64,000 nt of DNA from a virus (IMGVR_UViG_2974587864_000001); one strand, 5' to 3'. Shown: positions 1 through 11,301, counted from the stretch's first letter. Notes: a model not told the origin generated them from the letters alone. A program made the numbers and translations.

Positions 1-1
1 G

Positions 2-100
2 GAAGAGAACATTTTCACCCGTGATGGTTCTCTGATTGTGTTTGAAAACGATCTCCGTCCTCAATATACAACATTGACAATGAATCCAATCAGTCAATAA
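2..100 (+). CDS. 6: Baseplate wedge gp6, C-terminal fragment (partial)
   Basis: Manual translation EENIFTRDGSLIVFENDLRPQYTTLTMNPISQ* matches the T4 gp6 C-terminus; lies directly before gp7. Confidence 0.85.
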   Translation, partial: EENIFTRDGSLIVFENDLRPQYTTLTMNPISQ

Positions 101-104
101 TTTT

Positions 105-132
105 AACCCCTGTCATCCGGCAGGGGTTTTTT
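105..132 (+). terminator. Intrinsic terminator after gp6
   Basis: AACCCCTG-loop-CAGGGGTT followed by a T tract; late-like GCTAAATA at 137-144. Confidence 0.75.
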
Positions 133-178
133 GTTTGCTAAATATGGGATATAAGTAACGCAAATTTGGAGAAACATA

Positions 179-3100
179 ATGATTAAAGCGCCGTCAATTA
201 CCAGTTTGCGCGTTGATAAACTGGCTGCTAACTTCGTTTATTTGAAGTGGGATAGCGTCGGCATGGATTTTTACTATGTCGTGGAAATGGCAGAAACTCG
301 CGGGGCAGGTGGTGTTACTATTCCAGATGAAGATTTAACCTGGTTCCAGTTGGGTTACGCTTTTTTGAATGAATGGTTTTCTTCCGATGTCCAGCCAAAC
401 AATTTTTATAAATTCCGCGTCATGGTTACGCACAAGGGCTTTGAACCGTCTGATTGGGTTTATACAGATGAATTATGGACGTTCAGCCTTAACGCCTACG
501 CATATTCAACAATGCGTGAATTTACGCCAAGTGATGCATTCATAAACGAAAAATTCGCAAAGGACAATCAGAACTACGTTAACTTCAATACAGATGTGGT
601 AATGGCAGCGTTGATGAAAGAAGACTTTGTGTTTTCTCCACTTTACACTGACGTATCCCAGATCAGCGATAAAATTCTTACACAAGAAAACTATCACGAA
701 ATCCAGGATCATATTGAACACGTTTGTAATGACATTAACAGAACTTTCCTGGTAGCGTCAAACGGTTTATTGTACCTGTTTGAACGTTTTCAGAACATGG
801 CGAAGGTGTCAAACGACAAAGGACAAACATGGCATTACTACAAGGCGTTTAACGACCGCGTAGGAAACCCTGTATCGCGCTCTGTTGCGTACCAAAGCCG
901 AAACACAACCTATGTACTGGGTTACGATCGTATCTTCTACGGGCGCACCTCAACGGATATTCGCTGGTCTGCGGACGATGTGCGATTCTCTGCTGATGAT
1001 GTTACGTTTGCCAAACTGGGGAACCAGACTGGCCTTGATTTCGACGTAGACTCATACAACACGTTTGCTAAACTGCCTGGTAACGTGTCGAAATATGCAG
1101 AAGCAATGGCATGTTCCGATGACTGGCTTTATGTGGTTGCGAAAAACGTTGTGCGTCGTATCGCACTGAAACAGACACCGATCGACACCGATCCGAGTTC
1201 TCCAACGTTCGGGGAAAAGATTTTCGATACAGCAAGCTATACAGTTGTTCCTGGAAATGATAAGATCGTTGTCAAGAAAATGGATGTGATGGATGGTATT
1301 CTCTATGCACTCGTTACGGGTGAAGTGAAAACCGCTCTGCAAGATCCTACAAAACCCGCTAACGTGGTTCCGTCCGCTGCTGCTGGTGTGTATCAATGGC
1401 AAGAAGACACGAAAACCTTTGTGCGCCTGTACGGGAACACCGAGGAAGAACGTTTTTATATCCAGCATGAATACACCAATATGTCAACGAACGGCACGGA
1501 GATTTTTATTTCCGTAGCGAACTACAAATATCCAGGCACACTTCCCGATCCTGAATTGTTGATCGAGAACCCTGCACTGGTTGGTGCTGTAAAATATGAT
1601 TTGCGTCCTGGCTATACTGCCAGCCTTGCGATTAATTTTGCGACGATTCGCGCTCATATCGACGACCCGACTGTTTGGAAATTTGGTGCGCAGGAATATT
1701 ACAACGAGGCGAATTATAGCTGGTTCTTCCGCGACTCTGTGCGCACATGGATCACTAATGATAACCGTCCTCTGGTGGTGTATCCGAAAATCACCTACAG
1801 CCTTGTAACCGATAGTGCTGGCCCTTCGTCATCACTTCGTGTGAACAAAGAGGTATGGGATCGCGGACATGTTACGATTTACATTAACAACATTAAGTTT
1901 ACCGGATTCACGAAGTATACGAACGGCGTGTTGCTGTATAAGAGTTCAGGAGAAATCATCGGGTTCTTTGAACTGAGTTACCGCGCTCGCGATAACTTAA
2001 CGATTTTCTGGAAACCAGACAATACGTTACTGATTGCCGATCTGATTCAGCAGGAACGCGAAAAACCGTATCAACCGGATCTGTCACCTGGTTTGATTGA
2101 CCCAGATTTAAGCCATATGATTACGCGCTTTGCGCCTCAAAGCTATCTGGATCAGCAGTATTTCGAGAAGTTCGGGGAATACTATTTGCAGTTCGTTTCG
2201 CTGGGTGAAAACACCTACTATAACAAGCTGCTGAACCTGATCAGGAACAAATATCCGCGTGAGAAGAACAGCGTAGAATATCTGTGGTCGGAAGTAAACC
2301 GCCGTAATATCTACCTGGATAAAACGAAGCGCGATCAGGTGGTTCGTTTCTTTGAATCTCGTTGTAGTGATTTCTATTCAACGAAAGGCATCGAAGCAAG
2401 CTATAAATTCCTGTTCAAACTGTTGTATAACGAAGATGTAAGTGTAGAAATCGAAAGTTCGAACACTCTGGAATATGATATTCTGGTTCATTCAACAAAT
2501 ATCAACCAGGACATTGTAGGCCGGACGATTTACACACCAACAGCGAGAGCAAACGTGACGTATATCGAACGCCAGTATGATGACGGTCAATTACGTTGGT
2601 CGGTAACGCTACACAACGTGATCGGTAACTTCCTTGAAGGGCAGGTTGTCAAGTCTGAAAAGACTAACTTCACGGGTACTATTCTGCGTGGTGTGCGTGG
2701 TAAGCAAATGGCGAACAACTCGATCGACTACTTCAACCGTGGGCGTTCTTACTACGTGATGAAAATTCGTTCGAATCTGCCAGCGTCCCGTTATAAGGAT
2801 GACGTTTTACGATTCGTGCATCCGGTAGGCTTTGGCTTTATCGGGATCACCATGCTAACGGTGTTCATCAACTCCGGTTTGTCTATGACGCATAGTGAAA
2901 CGATCATTGATATTCTTCGAAACTATCGCTTCGATAGCGGTTATCCGAAGTATTGGCCTGATCGCGTAGCCCGTCTGGACGGTAACGGAAACCAGACATT
3001 TGACCTTGTAACTGGTGAAGCATTGTACGACCCGCACCCGAAAGCGGGACAACCGTTTGATGTTCCGCCACAATATGACATTGATGAAAAACCGCTGAAT

Positions 3101-3259
3101 GGTGTACTGCCGTCCGCGCGTCGATTTGATCAAAGTCCTCTGTTCGATAGTTCAGCGGTTAAATACTCTCAGTTCCGTAACTTAGTGGAAAAACGATTGA
3201 AAGACGATGCGGGTAATCCTCGCGATCCGAATCCACCGACTCAGAGAAAGGTAGCATAA
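179..3259 (+). CDS. 7: Baseplate wedge initiator gp7
   Basis: 1026 aa; N-terminal Fn3-like start; HPVGFGF motif; position between gp6 and gp8. Confidence 0.9.
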   Translation: MIKAPSITSLRVDKLAANFVYLKWDSVGMDFYYVVEMAETRGAGGVTIPDEDLTWFQLGYAFLNEWFSSDVQPNNFYKFRVMVTHKGFEPSDWVYTDELWTFSLNAYAYSTMREFTPSDAFINEKFAKDNQNYVNFNTDVVMAALMKEDFVFSPLYTDVSQISDKILTQENYHEIQDHIEHVCNDINRTFLVASNGLLYLFERFQNMAKVSNDKGQTWHYYKAFNDRVGNPVSRSVAYQSRNTTYVLGYDRIFYGRTSTDIRWSADDVRFSADDVTFAKLGNQTGLDFDVDSYNTFAKLPGNVSKYAEAMACSDDWLYVVAKNVVRRIALKQTPIDTDPSSPTFGEKIFDTASYTVVPGNDKIVVKKMDVMDGILYALVTGEVKTALQDPTKPANVVPSAAAGVYQWQEDTKTFVRLYGNTEEERFYIQHEYTNMSTNGTEIFISVANYKYPGTLPDPELLIENPALVGAVKYDLRPGYTASLAINFATIRAHIDDPTVWKFGAQEYYNEANYSWFFRDSVRTWITNDNRPLVVYPKITYSLVTDSAGPSSSLRVNKEVWDRGHVTIYINNIKFTGFTKYTNGVLLYKSSGEIIGFFELSYRARDNLTIFWKPDNTLLIADLIQQEREKPYQPDLSPGLIDPDLSHMITRFAPQSYLDQQYFEKFGEYYLQFVSLGENTYYNKLLNLIRNKYPREKNSVEYLWSEVNRRNIYLDKTKRDQVVRFFESRCSDFYSTKGIEASYKFLFKLLYNEDVSVEIESSNTLEYDILVHSTNINQDIVGRTIYTPTARANVTYIERQYDDGQLRWSVTLHNVIGNFLEGQVVKSEKTNFTGTILRGVRGKQMANNSIDYFNRGRSYYVMKIRSNLPASRYKDDVLRFVHPVGFGFIGITMLTVFINSGLSMTHSETIIDILRNYRFDSGYPKYWPDRVARLDGNGNQTFDLVTGEALYDPHPKAGQPFDVPPQYDIDEKPLNGVLPSARRFDQSPLFDSSAVKYSQFRNLVEKRLKDDAGNPRDPNPPTQRKVA

Positions 3260-4251
3260 TGGCTCAACAAAACATCTACCGTGCGGTCGTAACTGGTAAG
3301 TTCCGCACGGAAAACATGATGAACTTTCGCGAAATGATCGGGGACACCCCCGATCATAACTCGATTTATATGTCAATCGGGCGTACCGAACAATGGGCGG
3401 ATAACGAATCCGACCCTGAATTCGCTCCCCCTTATCCGAACGATGATACAGATGGTATCGTTGATATGTGGACGCATATGATCGGGATGACGAAAGTACC
3501 AGGCGAAATGATTGATGCAATCGTTCCGCGTAAAGACTGGGGCGATACTCGATATCCAAACCCAAAAATCTTTTACATTAATGACATCGTGGTTGTAAAC
3601 TCCGCGCCGTATAACCGTACTGACTACGGTAAAGGATGGATGGTATACCGCGTTGTAGACGTTCCTGATATTGGCTCTTGTTCAATCTCCAGTATCACGG
3701 GTAAAGTTGAATGTGTGCGTATTGGTGGTATTTGGACACCGACCCACGAATCGATCGAACCTCCACGCGGGGAAGCGAACGGTATCGACATGGGCGACGG
3801 CTATATCTGGGAATATCTGTATACAATTCCACCAGATGTTGTTATCAACCGCTGTACAAATGAACATATCGTTGTTCCGTTCCCTGATGAACTTGAAGAA
3901 GATCCGGTTCGTTGGGGTTATGATAACGTGATCAAATGGTATCCTGATATGTACGATTTGGTGTACCGAATGAAGGTTCACTCAATGCGATTCCGCGCGT
4001 ATATGGATTCCCTGTTCTTCCCGCAAGCCTCTTTACCTGGCAACCGTGGGTTCCGTCAAATCAGCGTTATTGTAAATCCGCTGCTGAAAAAGGCGCAACC
4101 ATCCGACCCAGAAGTAAAAGCAACGGGGCAGTATTACACGAAAGGACAGCTTGAACTTGACTCAGGACAAATGATCTACATGGAAAACCGTCAACCGATT
4201 ATTCGTTCTCCTGATCAGACCGAAGAAGTCAGTATTATTTTCGAATTCTAA
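3259..4251 (+). CDS. 8: Baseplate wedge gp8
   Basis: 330 aa; PRKDWGD, GDGYIWEYLY and MENRQPI motifs typical of gp8; synteny. Confidence 0.92.
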   Translation: MAQQNIYRAVVTGKFRTENMMNFREMIGDTPDHNSIYMSIGRTEQWADNESDPEFAPPYPNDDTDGIVDMWTHMIGMTKVPGEMIDAIVPRKDWGDTRYPNPKIFYINDIVVVNSAPYNRTDYGKGWMVYRVVDVPDIGSCSISSITGKVECVRIGGIWTPTHESIEPPRGEANGIDMGDGYIWEYLYTIPPDVVINRCTNEHIVVPFPDELEEDPVRWGYDNVIKWYPDMYDLVYRMKVHSMRFRAYMDSLFFPQASLPGNRGFRQISVIVNPLLKKAQPSDPEVKATGQYYTKGQLELDSGQMIYMENRQPIIRSPDQTEEVSIIFEF

Positions 4252-4261
4252 GGAAACCATA

Positions 4262-5125
4262 ATGGCATATCAAACTGGTAAAAAATTAATTGACGTGGGG
4301 CAAATCGGCAACCCGTCAACTGGTGACCCGCTGTATGACGGCGGTGTTAAACTTAACGAAATCATCACCAACGTATACAACGCGTTTGGTGATGTGCGTT
4401 TACTGACTGCGAATGATGGTGTGGGTACAATGTTACTCCACGCGACCGGATATTTCCAGAAATTACCGCGAACCTATTATTCAGGAAACCCGATTGAACT
4501 GGGTTCACTGCATGATATGGATACCTCTACAGGACCAATTACGGTTGTGCTTCCATCGGGTAAACCTGGCGAGGGGTTCTATTTCATAAATAGTAACGGT
4601 AGTATTTCTGTTGATCGTCCTGTTGTATTCCGTCCGCAAGTTGGTGATGGTATCAAAGGGGTTCAGGATCAACTTTACGTGACCTCTCCATATACTCAGA
4701 TTAAAATCTGGTGTGTGAAGAAAGAAGGTTCCGTTACTACATGGGATTATTCTGTTGAATCAATGTTTGGTTCAAAAACAATGCCTGTAGATACTACTAA
4801 ACTCATTCTGAAAGCATCACCGACCGCAATTCCTTTATTTGGTTATAGTGAATTCAGTGGGGCGAAAATTCTCGTGTACGCGGAGAATATGACAGGCACA
4901 GTCAATAAAATGGCTGAAATTCTTTTGTCTGTTGACCGTGTCGCTAAGGGCGTGTATTCAACTGAATACGCAGTTCTCAAAAATAGCGAAGATGAAATGT
5001 ACACGCTTACGTTCACTGTTGGTGCGAGTGATATTGTTTACGCAAACGTACAATCCAAAACCGAGGATCGCATTAAATTCTCGATTAAAGCGGTTGACAC
5101 CATTAAATCAGGGATCGCAGCATGA
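4262..5125 (+). CDS. 9: Baseplate tail-fibre connector gp9
   Basis: 287 aa; GQIGNPSTGDPLYDGGVKLN N-terminus; synteny. Confidence 0.9.
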   Translation: MAYQTGKKLIDVGQIGNPSTGDPLYDGGVKLNEIITNVYNAFGDVRLLTANDGVGTMLLHATGYFQKLPRTYYSGNPIELGSLHDMDTSTGPITVVLPSGKPGEGFYFINSNGSISVDRPVVFRPQVGDGIKGVQDQLYVTSPYTQIKIWCVKKEGSVTTWDYSVESMFGSKTMPVDTTKLILKASPTAIPLFGYSEFSGAKILVYAENMTGTVNKMAEILLSVDRVAKGVYSTEYAVLKNSEDEMYTLTFTVGASDIVYANVQSKTEDRIKFSIKAVDTIKSGIAA

Positions 5126-6939
5126 AACAAGAAATTCTTATCGGTAACGTGGTTGATGACGGCGCAGGTGATTATCTGCGTCGTGGTGGTCAAAAGACTA
5201 ACGCCAACTTTACCGAGTTATATAATAAACTGGGTGACGGGAGTATCCCGCACCCAGCGGGTGCGTGGAAAACGCACACAGCGCCTACGCTGACCCCTAT
5301 TTTCGGTGAATCATGGGCGCTGAATACCAGCAACAACCGTATTACGGTAAACCTCCCTAAAGGCAGTGTAAGCGATTATAACAAGGTTATTCGCTTACGT
5401 GACGTATGGGGTAAGTGGGCGGTAAACAACGTCCGTATCGTCCCTGCAAGCGGTGATACCATCAAAGGCTCACCGACTTACAAAGAACTGTACAAAGACC
5501 TGATGGACGTTGAACTTGTTTATTGTTCTCCTGGACGTTGGGAATATGTTGAAAACAAACAGGTTGACAAAATCACAACTTCGGATCTGGCAACCGTTGC
5601 GAAAGAAACGTATATCGCGACTCAGGGACAAACTGACTTCCTGAACGTGTTCGGCCCTGGTAACTCGTACAACGTCCGCGCACTGGAAGTTTACTATCGC
5701 GGTAACTTGCTGTACATCGACGACAAGAACGGGTTTAATTCATCAAACAGCGATTACGGTTCACCTGGTGCGAGCGCCGGACAACTGGTAGATCTGGATG
5801 GTGTAAATATCCGTCTTAAAAACCCGTGTAACGCTGGTGACACGCTTCAATTCGTTACCTATCTGGATGGTATTGCCGCATGGCGAGCGACGTATGAAGC
5901 GCATACCATGCGCGTATATAACACGGGCGACACAGAACAGGTTAGTATCCCTGGTGAAATCTGGGTTGGTGATTTATCAACTAAACGCACGTTCACTAAT
6001 GCTGAATTTGGTATCAGTCCGCGAATTTTGATTAACCCGAACTCGTTCGAACTGCTGCTGAACGGTCGCCAGCTTGTTAAAGCAGGTGATGCGGATCTCC
6101 CGACATTTGTTTGTGAGGGTGCAGAAGGTTATGATGAAGATAGCTGTATTGCGAACTCCGGCGCGTGGGTTCCTTCTGGACAGGATTACAGTCTGATTTT
6201 TGTTGACTCCGTGGTTACTGGCATTAAATTTGCTCAACCTCTGGAATCCCGTGATGTGGTAACTATTCGCTGGTTCAACAATGATATCGGTACTGTAATG
6301 GAATGGGACGGTGTAGGCGGTATTAAAGAACACACCGATAAGATTTACCTGAACAACGAAGAAGAAGTGACGCTGGTTAATCGGATCGAATATACTGATT
6401 ATAACAACCCAACGCAGAAAACCGCTCGTAAAGTAGCGGATACATTTAGCGGTCGTCTGTTGGATCTACAAGCATTCTTTGATGTTATTCATCCAATCGG
6501 GACAATCTACGAAAACGCGCACAACGATTCAAACCCAGGCGATTATATGGGATTTGGTATCTGGTCACGTTACGCGGAAGGTATGTTCCTTGCAGGTTGG
6601 ACAACCGATGCATCGGATAGCGATTTTGGTCTGAACAATAACGATCTGGATGGTTCCGGTCAACCAACTCACACTTCTGGTGGTACTGGTGGCGAACGTG
6701 GTTATGAAATTAAACCGATCAACGTTCCACAAATTCAGTCAACCGATAAGGTGTTGATTAAAGATGACAACGGGATCATTATTATTGGTGGCTGTCAGGT
6801 TGACCCAGATGCAACAGGGCCAGGTTACACTAAATACCGCGAGGATGTATTAAAAGTAAATCGGGGGAACACTACTCCAGATAAACTAAAAACGCTCCCG
6901 CCTTATATTACTGTTCACCGCTGGATAAGGGTAGCATAA
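5122..6939 (+). CDS. 10: Baseplate wedge/tail pin gp10
   Basis: 605 aa; IGNVVDDGAGDYLRRGGQKTN start and PPYITVHRWIRVA end. Confidence 0.92.
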   Translation: MKQEILIGNVVDDGAGDYLRRGGQKTNANFTELYNKLGDGSIPHPAGAWKTHTAPTLTPIFGESWALNTSNNRITVNLPKGSVSDYNKVIRLRDVWGKWAVNNVRIVPASGDTIKGSPTYKELYKDLMDVELVYCSPGRWEYVENKQVDKITTSDLATVAKETYIATQGQTDFLNVFGPGNSYNVRALEVYYRGNLLYIDDKNGFNSSNSDYGSPGASAGQLVDLDGVNIRLKNPCNAGDTLQFVTYLDGIAAWRATYEAHTMRVYNTGDTEQVSIPGEIWVGDLSTKRTFTNAEFGISPRILINPNSFELLLNGRQLVKAGDADLPTFVCEGAEGYDEDSCIANSGAWVPSGQDYSLIFVDSVVTGIKFAQPLESRDVVTIRWFNNDIGTVMEWDGVGGIKEHTDKIYLNNEEEVTLVNRIEYTDYNNPTQKTARKVADTFSGRLLDLQAFFDVIHPIGTIYENAHNDSNPGDYMGFGIWSRYAEGMFLAGWTTDASDSDFGLNNNDLDGSGQPTHTSGGTGGERGYEIKPINVPQIQSTDKVLIKDDNGIIIIGGCQVDPDATGPGYTKYREDVLKVNRGNTTPDKLKTLPPYITVHRWIRVA

Positions 6940-7602
6940 ATGACTCAGTTTATTTCCAAAACAAGGGAGGGGGCGAAAGTCCCTTCCCGCGAAGCAGACT
7001 TTTTGCAATATGAAATGGGTACGAAAGAACCGCTGATTGGTGGTAAACGTACTATTGGTGGTGCAAACGTCGATCAGCTTCGAAAAGGGGTAGATTACCC
7101 TAACGTACAATCAGCAATTGATGACCTGTATTCTTTGTCTCAGCAGATCCCGATCAATGGGGTAATCATGATGACGGAAGATAGCCCCCCTTCTGCGGTG
7201 CAACAGGTAGAATCAATTACGTTTGATGGGACGGTTTCAAACCCAGATCCAGATCAAACACAGGCGACTATTCACGTTTATGGTTTCCCGTTCGTTTTCG
7301 ACAATACAACGAACGCCTCTACCGTATGTGAGACAGTCTATAACAAATTCGTTGAATTCGTCAACGATGAAAAATATTTCGATTTGGTTACTCGTAAAGG
7401 TCTCAACGGGGAAATTCTGGAAGTTCGTTTTATTGATTCAGTTCCGCATCCGGTTACTAATAAAACTGAATACGGAATTTCGATGGTAGGAACAATCGAC
7501 GTACAGGCTAAATCTGGTTACGGTACATGGACAAAGTTAGGTGAAATTGACCTTGCTGTTACTCCAGCAGTTCCGATTTATTATTTCAAGCGTATTGCAT
7601 GA
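6940..7602 (+). CDS. 11: Baseplate wedge/tail pin gp11
   Basis: 220 aa; SREADFL, NVQSAIDDLY and terminal YYFKRIA motifs; synteny. Confidence 0.88.
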   Translation: MTQFISKTREGAKVPSREADFLQYEMGTKEPLIGGKRTIGGANVDQLRKGVDYPNVQSAIDDLYSLSQQIPINGVIMMTEDSPPSAVQQVESITFDGTVSNPDPDQTQATIHVYGFPFVFDNTTNASTVCETVYNKFVEFVNDEKYFDLVTRKGLNGEILEVRFIDSVPHPVTNKTEYGISMVGTIDVQAKSGYGTWTKLGEIDLAVTPAVPIYYFKRIA

Positions 7603-7611
7603 GGATAACAA

Positions 7612-9000
7612 ATGAACAATACAATTAACCACGTAAGCGATAAATCCGTTTACGTGACATTTGATCCTGCTGGTACGCAATGGCCTAGCACGTTTAAGAA
7701 CGTACAACAGGCATTAGCCGCTATTGGGCCGTGGGCGCGTACTGATGTTGGTTTGCCTAATGCCGCGCCTGGTGTGCGCGGTATTGCTGCTATTGCGACA
7801 CAGGCAATGATTGATGCGGGTACTGATACCCAGACGATCGTAACTCCTGCTTTGCTGGAATACCGTCTGCAAAACCCTCATGCATCACAAACCGTATGGG
7901 GTTACACTCGTTACGCAACTGATGCAGAATCAGTAACAGTAACAAACGATCTGGTTTCTCTTACTCCGCGCTCGTTGAACTATGTGTTTAACACCCGCCA
8001 TGCAAAAGAAAACGTTTGGGGTTCTGTGAAACTGTCAACAACTGCTCAGGCAACATCCGGTACTGATGACACTACCGCAATGACTCCGCTTAAAGTGAAG
8101 CAAGCGATCTCTGCTCTGGTTCCGGTACAGGCAAACGCAACAGAAAGTTCGTTTGGTCTTGTTCAGTTAGCAACTGTTGCAGAAGTTCGCGCGGGTACTA
8201 TTCGCGATGGGTTTGCGATTTCGCCATACACGTTTATTCGTCTGACTGCAAGCGAAAGTGATTTAGGTTTACTCCGTATCGCTACCCAGGCAGAAGTAAA
8301 CGCGGGTACTGATAACACCAAAGCAATCACCCCGCAAAAACTCGCTGCTGTGAAGGGTTCCGGCTCTACTTTCGGTATGGTTAAATTAACAACAGATATC
8401 AATACCGGATTAGCGAATACTGCTTTGTCTGCTGGTGCTAACGTAGTACCGAGCAACAAAAACAGTGCAATTACTGGTGGTGCATTGTATCAGGGTTCGA
8501 TTAGTGCTGACAATAAATACCAGACAAAGACAGATGTTGACGCAAATATCCCGATCGGATGTATGATGCTTGCAGCGTTTAACGCCGATGTTGGTAACTT
8601 GTTTATCTGTAACGGGCGAGCGATGAACCGCAATTCAAACCCAGAACTGTTTGCCCGAATTGGTTATACATACGGCGGTTCTGGTGATATTTTCAACTTG
8701 CCTGATATGCGCGGTCTTGTAGCTCGCGGCTTTGATGGTGGGCGTGGTATGGATGCAGGTCGCGGTTTTGGTACATATCAGGCTGATATGTTTGCGTATC
8801 ACGAACATGATATCCAGATGATTTACCAGAACGGCGGTAATCTTCCTAAGAGTCAAGCAGTTTATGAACTGAAAGGCGCAGAAAAGAATGACCAACGTGT
8901 TATGCACCTGAATAACGATTACAGCAAAGCATTAGGTACTGGCGGAAACGAAACGCGAATGAAAAACCTTGCGGTCAACTACGTAATTCGAGTACGATAA
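7612..9000 (+). CDS. 12: Short tail fibre gp12
   Basis: 462 aa; NNTINHVSDKSVYVTFDP start, ATxAE repeats, tail-collar segment (FNLPDMRGLVARG), HEH metal-type motif. Confidence 0.88.
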   Translation: MNNTINHVSDKSVYVTFDPAGTQWPSTFKNVQQALAAIGPWARTDVGLPNAAPGVRGIAAIATQAMIDAGTDTQTIVTPALLEYRLQNPHASQTVWGYTRYATDAESVTVTNDLVSLTPRSLNYVFNTRHAKENVWGSVKLSTTAQATSGTDDTTAMTPLKVKQAISALVPVQANATESSFGLVQLATVAEVRAGTIRDGFAISPYTFIRLTASESDLGLLRIATQAEVNAGTDNTKAITPQKLAAVKGSGSTFGMVKLTTDINTGLANTALSAGANVVPSNKNSAITGGALYQGSISADNKYQTKTDVDANIPIGCMMLAAFNADVGNLFICNGRAMNRNSNPELFARIGYTYGGSGDIFNLPDMRGLVARGFDGGRGMDAGRGFGTYQADMFAYHEHDIQMIYQNGGNLPKSQAVYELKGAEKNDQRVMHLNNDYSKALGTGGNETRMKNLAVNYVIRVR

Positions 9001-9012
9001 AGGGGTTAATCC

Positions 9013-11301
9013 ATGATTTCAAAACTTAACCCGTTACCAAAGATCCCGTTTGTTGATGGTGTCCCTACGGACACCACACAAACCCAGATCAATTGGATTG
9101 TTAACGGCGAAACTCTCGATGGTGCAAAAACCAAAACCACTAACGAGGGTTCTTTAAACAGATGCGGTGTTCTGGTTCAAAAGAACGCGGTACAATTAGA
9201 AGCAAATACAACTACCCAGACATCAAAAATCAACGAAGTTATCGATCAGGTTAACCTCATTACTGAAAACCTCGCGGCGATCTCTGATGATAGTGTGATC
9301 GACAAACTGGATAAAGTTGTCGCTGATGTTGACGTGCTGAAAGTAGATATGTCTGCTGTACAGGCAACTACAGCAAGCAACACCCTGAAAATTCAGGATA
9401 TCGAAAAGGAAATTGGTGTATGGGATGCGTCAACCGATCCTAAACATCGTACCATTCGAAAAGATATTATTTTCCTGAAAGATGAACTGGGTGCATATCC
9501 TGGCTTTAACGAAGATGGTGATGTTGATCCGTCCTCTACTGGCTCCGGCGTGAAATACAAGGTAATGGCTAACGCTCAGGCGGTATCTATCCATGAAGCA
9601 CGTATTACTAAGCTGGAAGATGACTGGGTAAACTCAGATGTAGGTCATTTAACAGATGAAGTTACCGATCTGCGTAACGAAATGGGACCGAAGCATTTAG
9701 CCACTTTCGAATCTGTGTATGTTCGTCTGAATGGTATCGGTGGCGATATCACTGGTATTAATACCGAACTGTCAAACATCAACACCTATATCGGGCGTAC
9801 AGGCTCAGGTGGTTCTGGTAGTATTGATTCCCGCATGGAAACTGCGGAAACGAACATTACTACTCTGCAAACCCAGATGAATGATCCGGTTGTTGGTGTT
9901 CTGCCTCGCGTAATCCTTCTGGAAAGCGCTGTTGGTAACTCACAGGTTCCAGGTAGTATCCGTTACGATATCAGCACAATGAAACGTAGCATTAGCGATC
10001 TGAACATGATCGTTGGTGAAACAAGTGATGATGGTCTGCGCGGTGAAATGGCACAGGTTATGACCGATATCGGTACTGACTCCCAGCCAACAAGCATCAA
10101 AGGCCGTCTGCTGAATGTGGAAAACACACAGCGCGACGACCACCAGGCACTGGTTGATGTTACCGCAATTGTGGGTAATACGTCAACTGGACTCGTTGCG
10201 GCTAATATCGCGATGGGTAAAGCTGTTTATGGTGACGCAACCAGTTCTGATCCATTCCTCAAAGATGGTATTCAGAAAACGGCTCGCGATAACAAAACTG
10301 CGATCGGCGTTAATACTACAGGATCAGAAACAGGGATTTATAAACTGATTTCCGATCTGACTGCGCGTGTTGCTGCTCTCGAAGCTGGCGGTGGTGGTAA
10401 CGTTGAACAACGTCTGGACGATCTGGAACAGAATAAAGCCTCTCGCCAGGATGTTGCTGATGCTCTGGTTCCGTATATCACAGAAGTTGAAGCGGATAAC
10501 AAATACGAAGCGAAGAAAGTTCCGCTGTCATTTACTCAAAATCTGGTCGGTCGTAACGATTATATCGAGGGTGATGATATTTCTTTATCTGTTACCGTTA
10601 CAGGTGGTAAACTGCCTTATGTGTACCAGTGGAAGAAAGGAACCGCAAATATCGGGACTGATTCACCGAGTGTAATGATCCAGAACATCACAACGAGTGA
10701 TTCCGGCGTATATAAAGTTGTCGTAACCGACGCTGAAAATACTGTGATTACTTCTGATGAACTTGACATTGCGGTACATACGGTTCCTCAGTTCGATACA
10801 AACTTGAGCGATATTTCTGTTGTTGATGGTGATCCATTGACTCTGGAAGTAGTGTTTAGCGGTGGTAAAACTCCGTACACTTACGTATGGCATAAAGACG
10901 GTTCTGTATTAACTGGTGAAACTGGTTCTTCTATCGTCAAGTCTGCTGCAACCAGCGCAGATGCGGGTGATTACTATGTAACCGTAACTGACGCGATGAA
11001 CAGTACCAACGATTCAGCAACCGCGACTGTGACTGTAACTACTCGTCCGGCTCTGGCGTTTACAACGGATCTTCCGGCAACGAAGAGTTACACAACAGGC
11101 GATAATATGGATTTAGCCGTTGTTGTTACTGGTGGCAAAACACCATATACATACAAATGGTTTAAAGATACGGTTGAAGTTACTGGGGAAACTGGCGCAA
11201 GCCTGGCTACAGTAGCAGAAGCGGGAGTATATAAAGTTGAAGTGACTGATGCACTCTCAACCAAAATTACCTCTGCTGAATGTACTGTGACGGTAGCATA
11301 A
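9013..11301 (+). CDS. wac: Fibritin (wac) with three C-terminal Ig-like domains
   Basis: LPKIPFVDGVP N-terminus, coiled-coil heptads, then three repeats of V-x-V-x-GG-K-x-PY-x-Y-x-W-x-K ... G-x-Y-x-V-x-V-T-D-A. Confidence 0.88.
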   Translation: MISKLNPLPKIPFVDGVPTDTTQTQINWIVNGETLDGAKTKTTNEGSLNRCGVLVQKNAVQLEANTTTQTSKINEVIDQVNLITENLAAISDDSVIDKLDKVVADVDVLKVDMSAVQATTASNTLKIQDIEKEIGVWDASTDPKHRTIRKDIIFLKDELGAYPGFNEDGDVDPSSTGSGVKYKVMANAQAVSIHEARITKLEDDWVNSDVGHLTDEVTDLRNEMGPKHLATFESVYVRLNGIGGDITGINTELSNINTYIGRTGSGGSGSIDSRMETAETNITTLQTQMNDPVVGVLPRVILLESAVGNSQVPGSIRYDISTMKRSISDLNMIVGETSDDGLRGEMAQVMTDIGTDSQPTSIKGRLLNVENTQRDDHQALVDVTAIVGNTSTGLVAANIAMGKAVYGDATSSDPFLKDGIQKTARDNKTAIGVNTTGSETGIYKLISDLTARVAALEAGGGGNVEQRLDDLEQNKASRQDVADALVPYITEVEADNKYEAKKVPLSFTQNLVGRNDYIEGDDISLSVTVTGGKLPYVYQWKKGTANIGTDSPSVMIQNITTSDSGVYKVVVTDAENTVITSDELDIAVHTVPQFDTNLSDISVVDGDPLTLEVVFSGGKTPYTYVWHKDGSVLTGETGSSIVKSAATSADAGDYYVTVTDAMNSTNDSATATVTVTTRPALAFTTDLPATKSYTTGDNMDLAVVVTGGKTPYTYKWFKDTVEVTGETGASLATVAEAGVYKVEVTDALSTKITSAECTVTVA

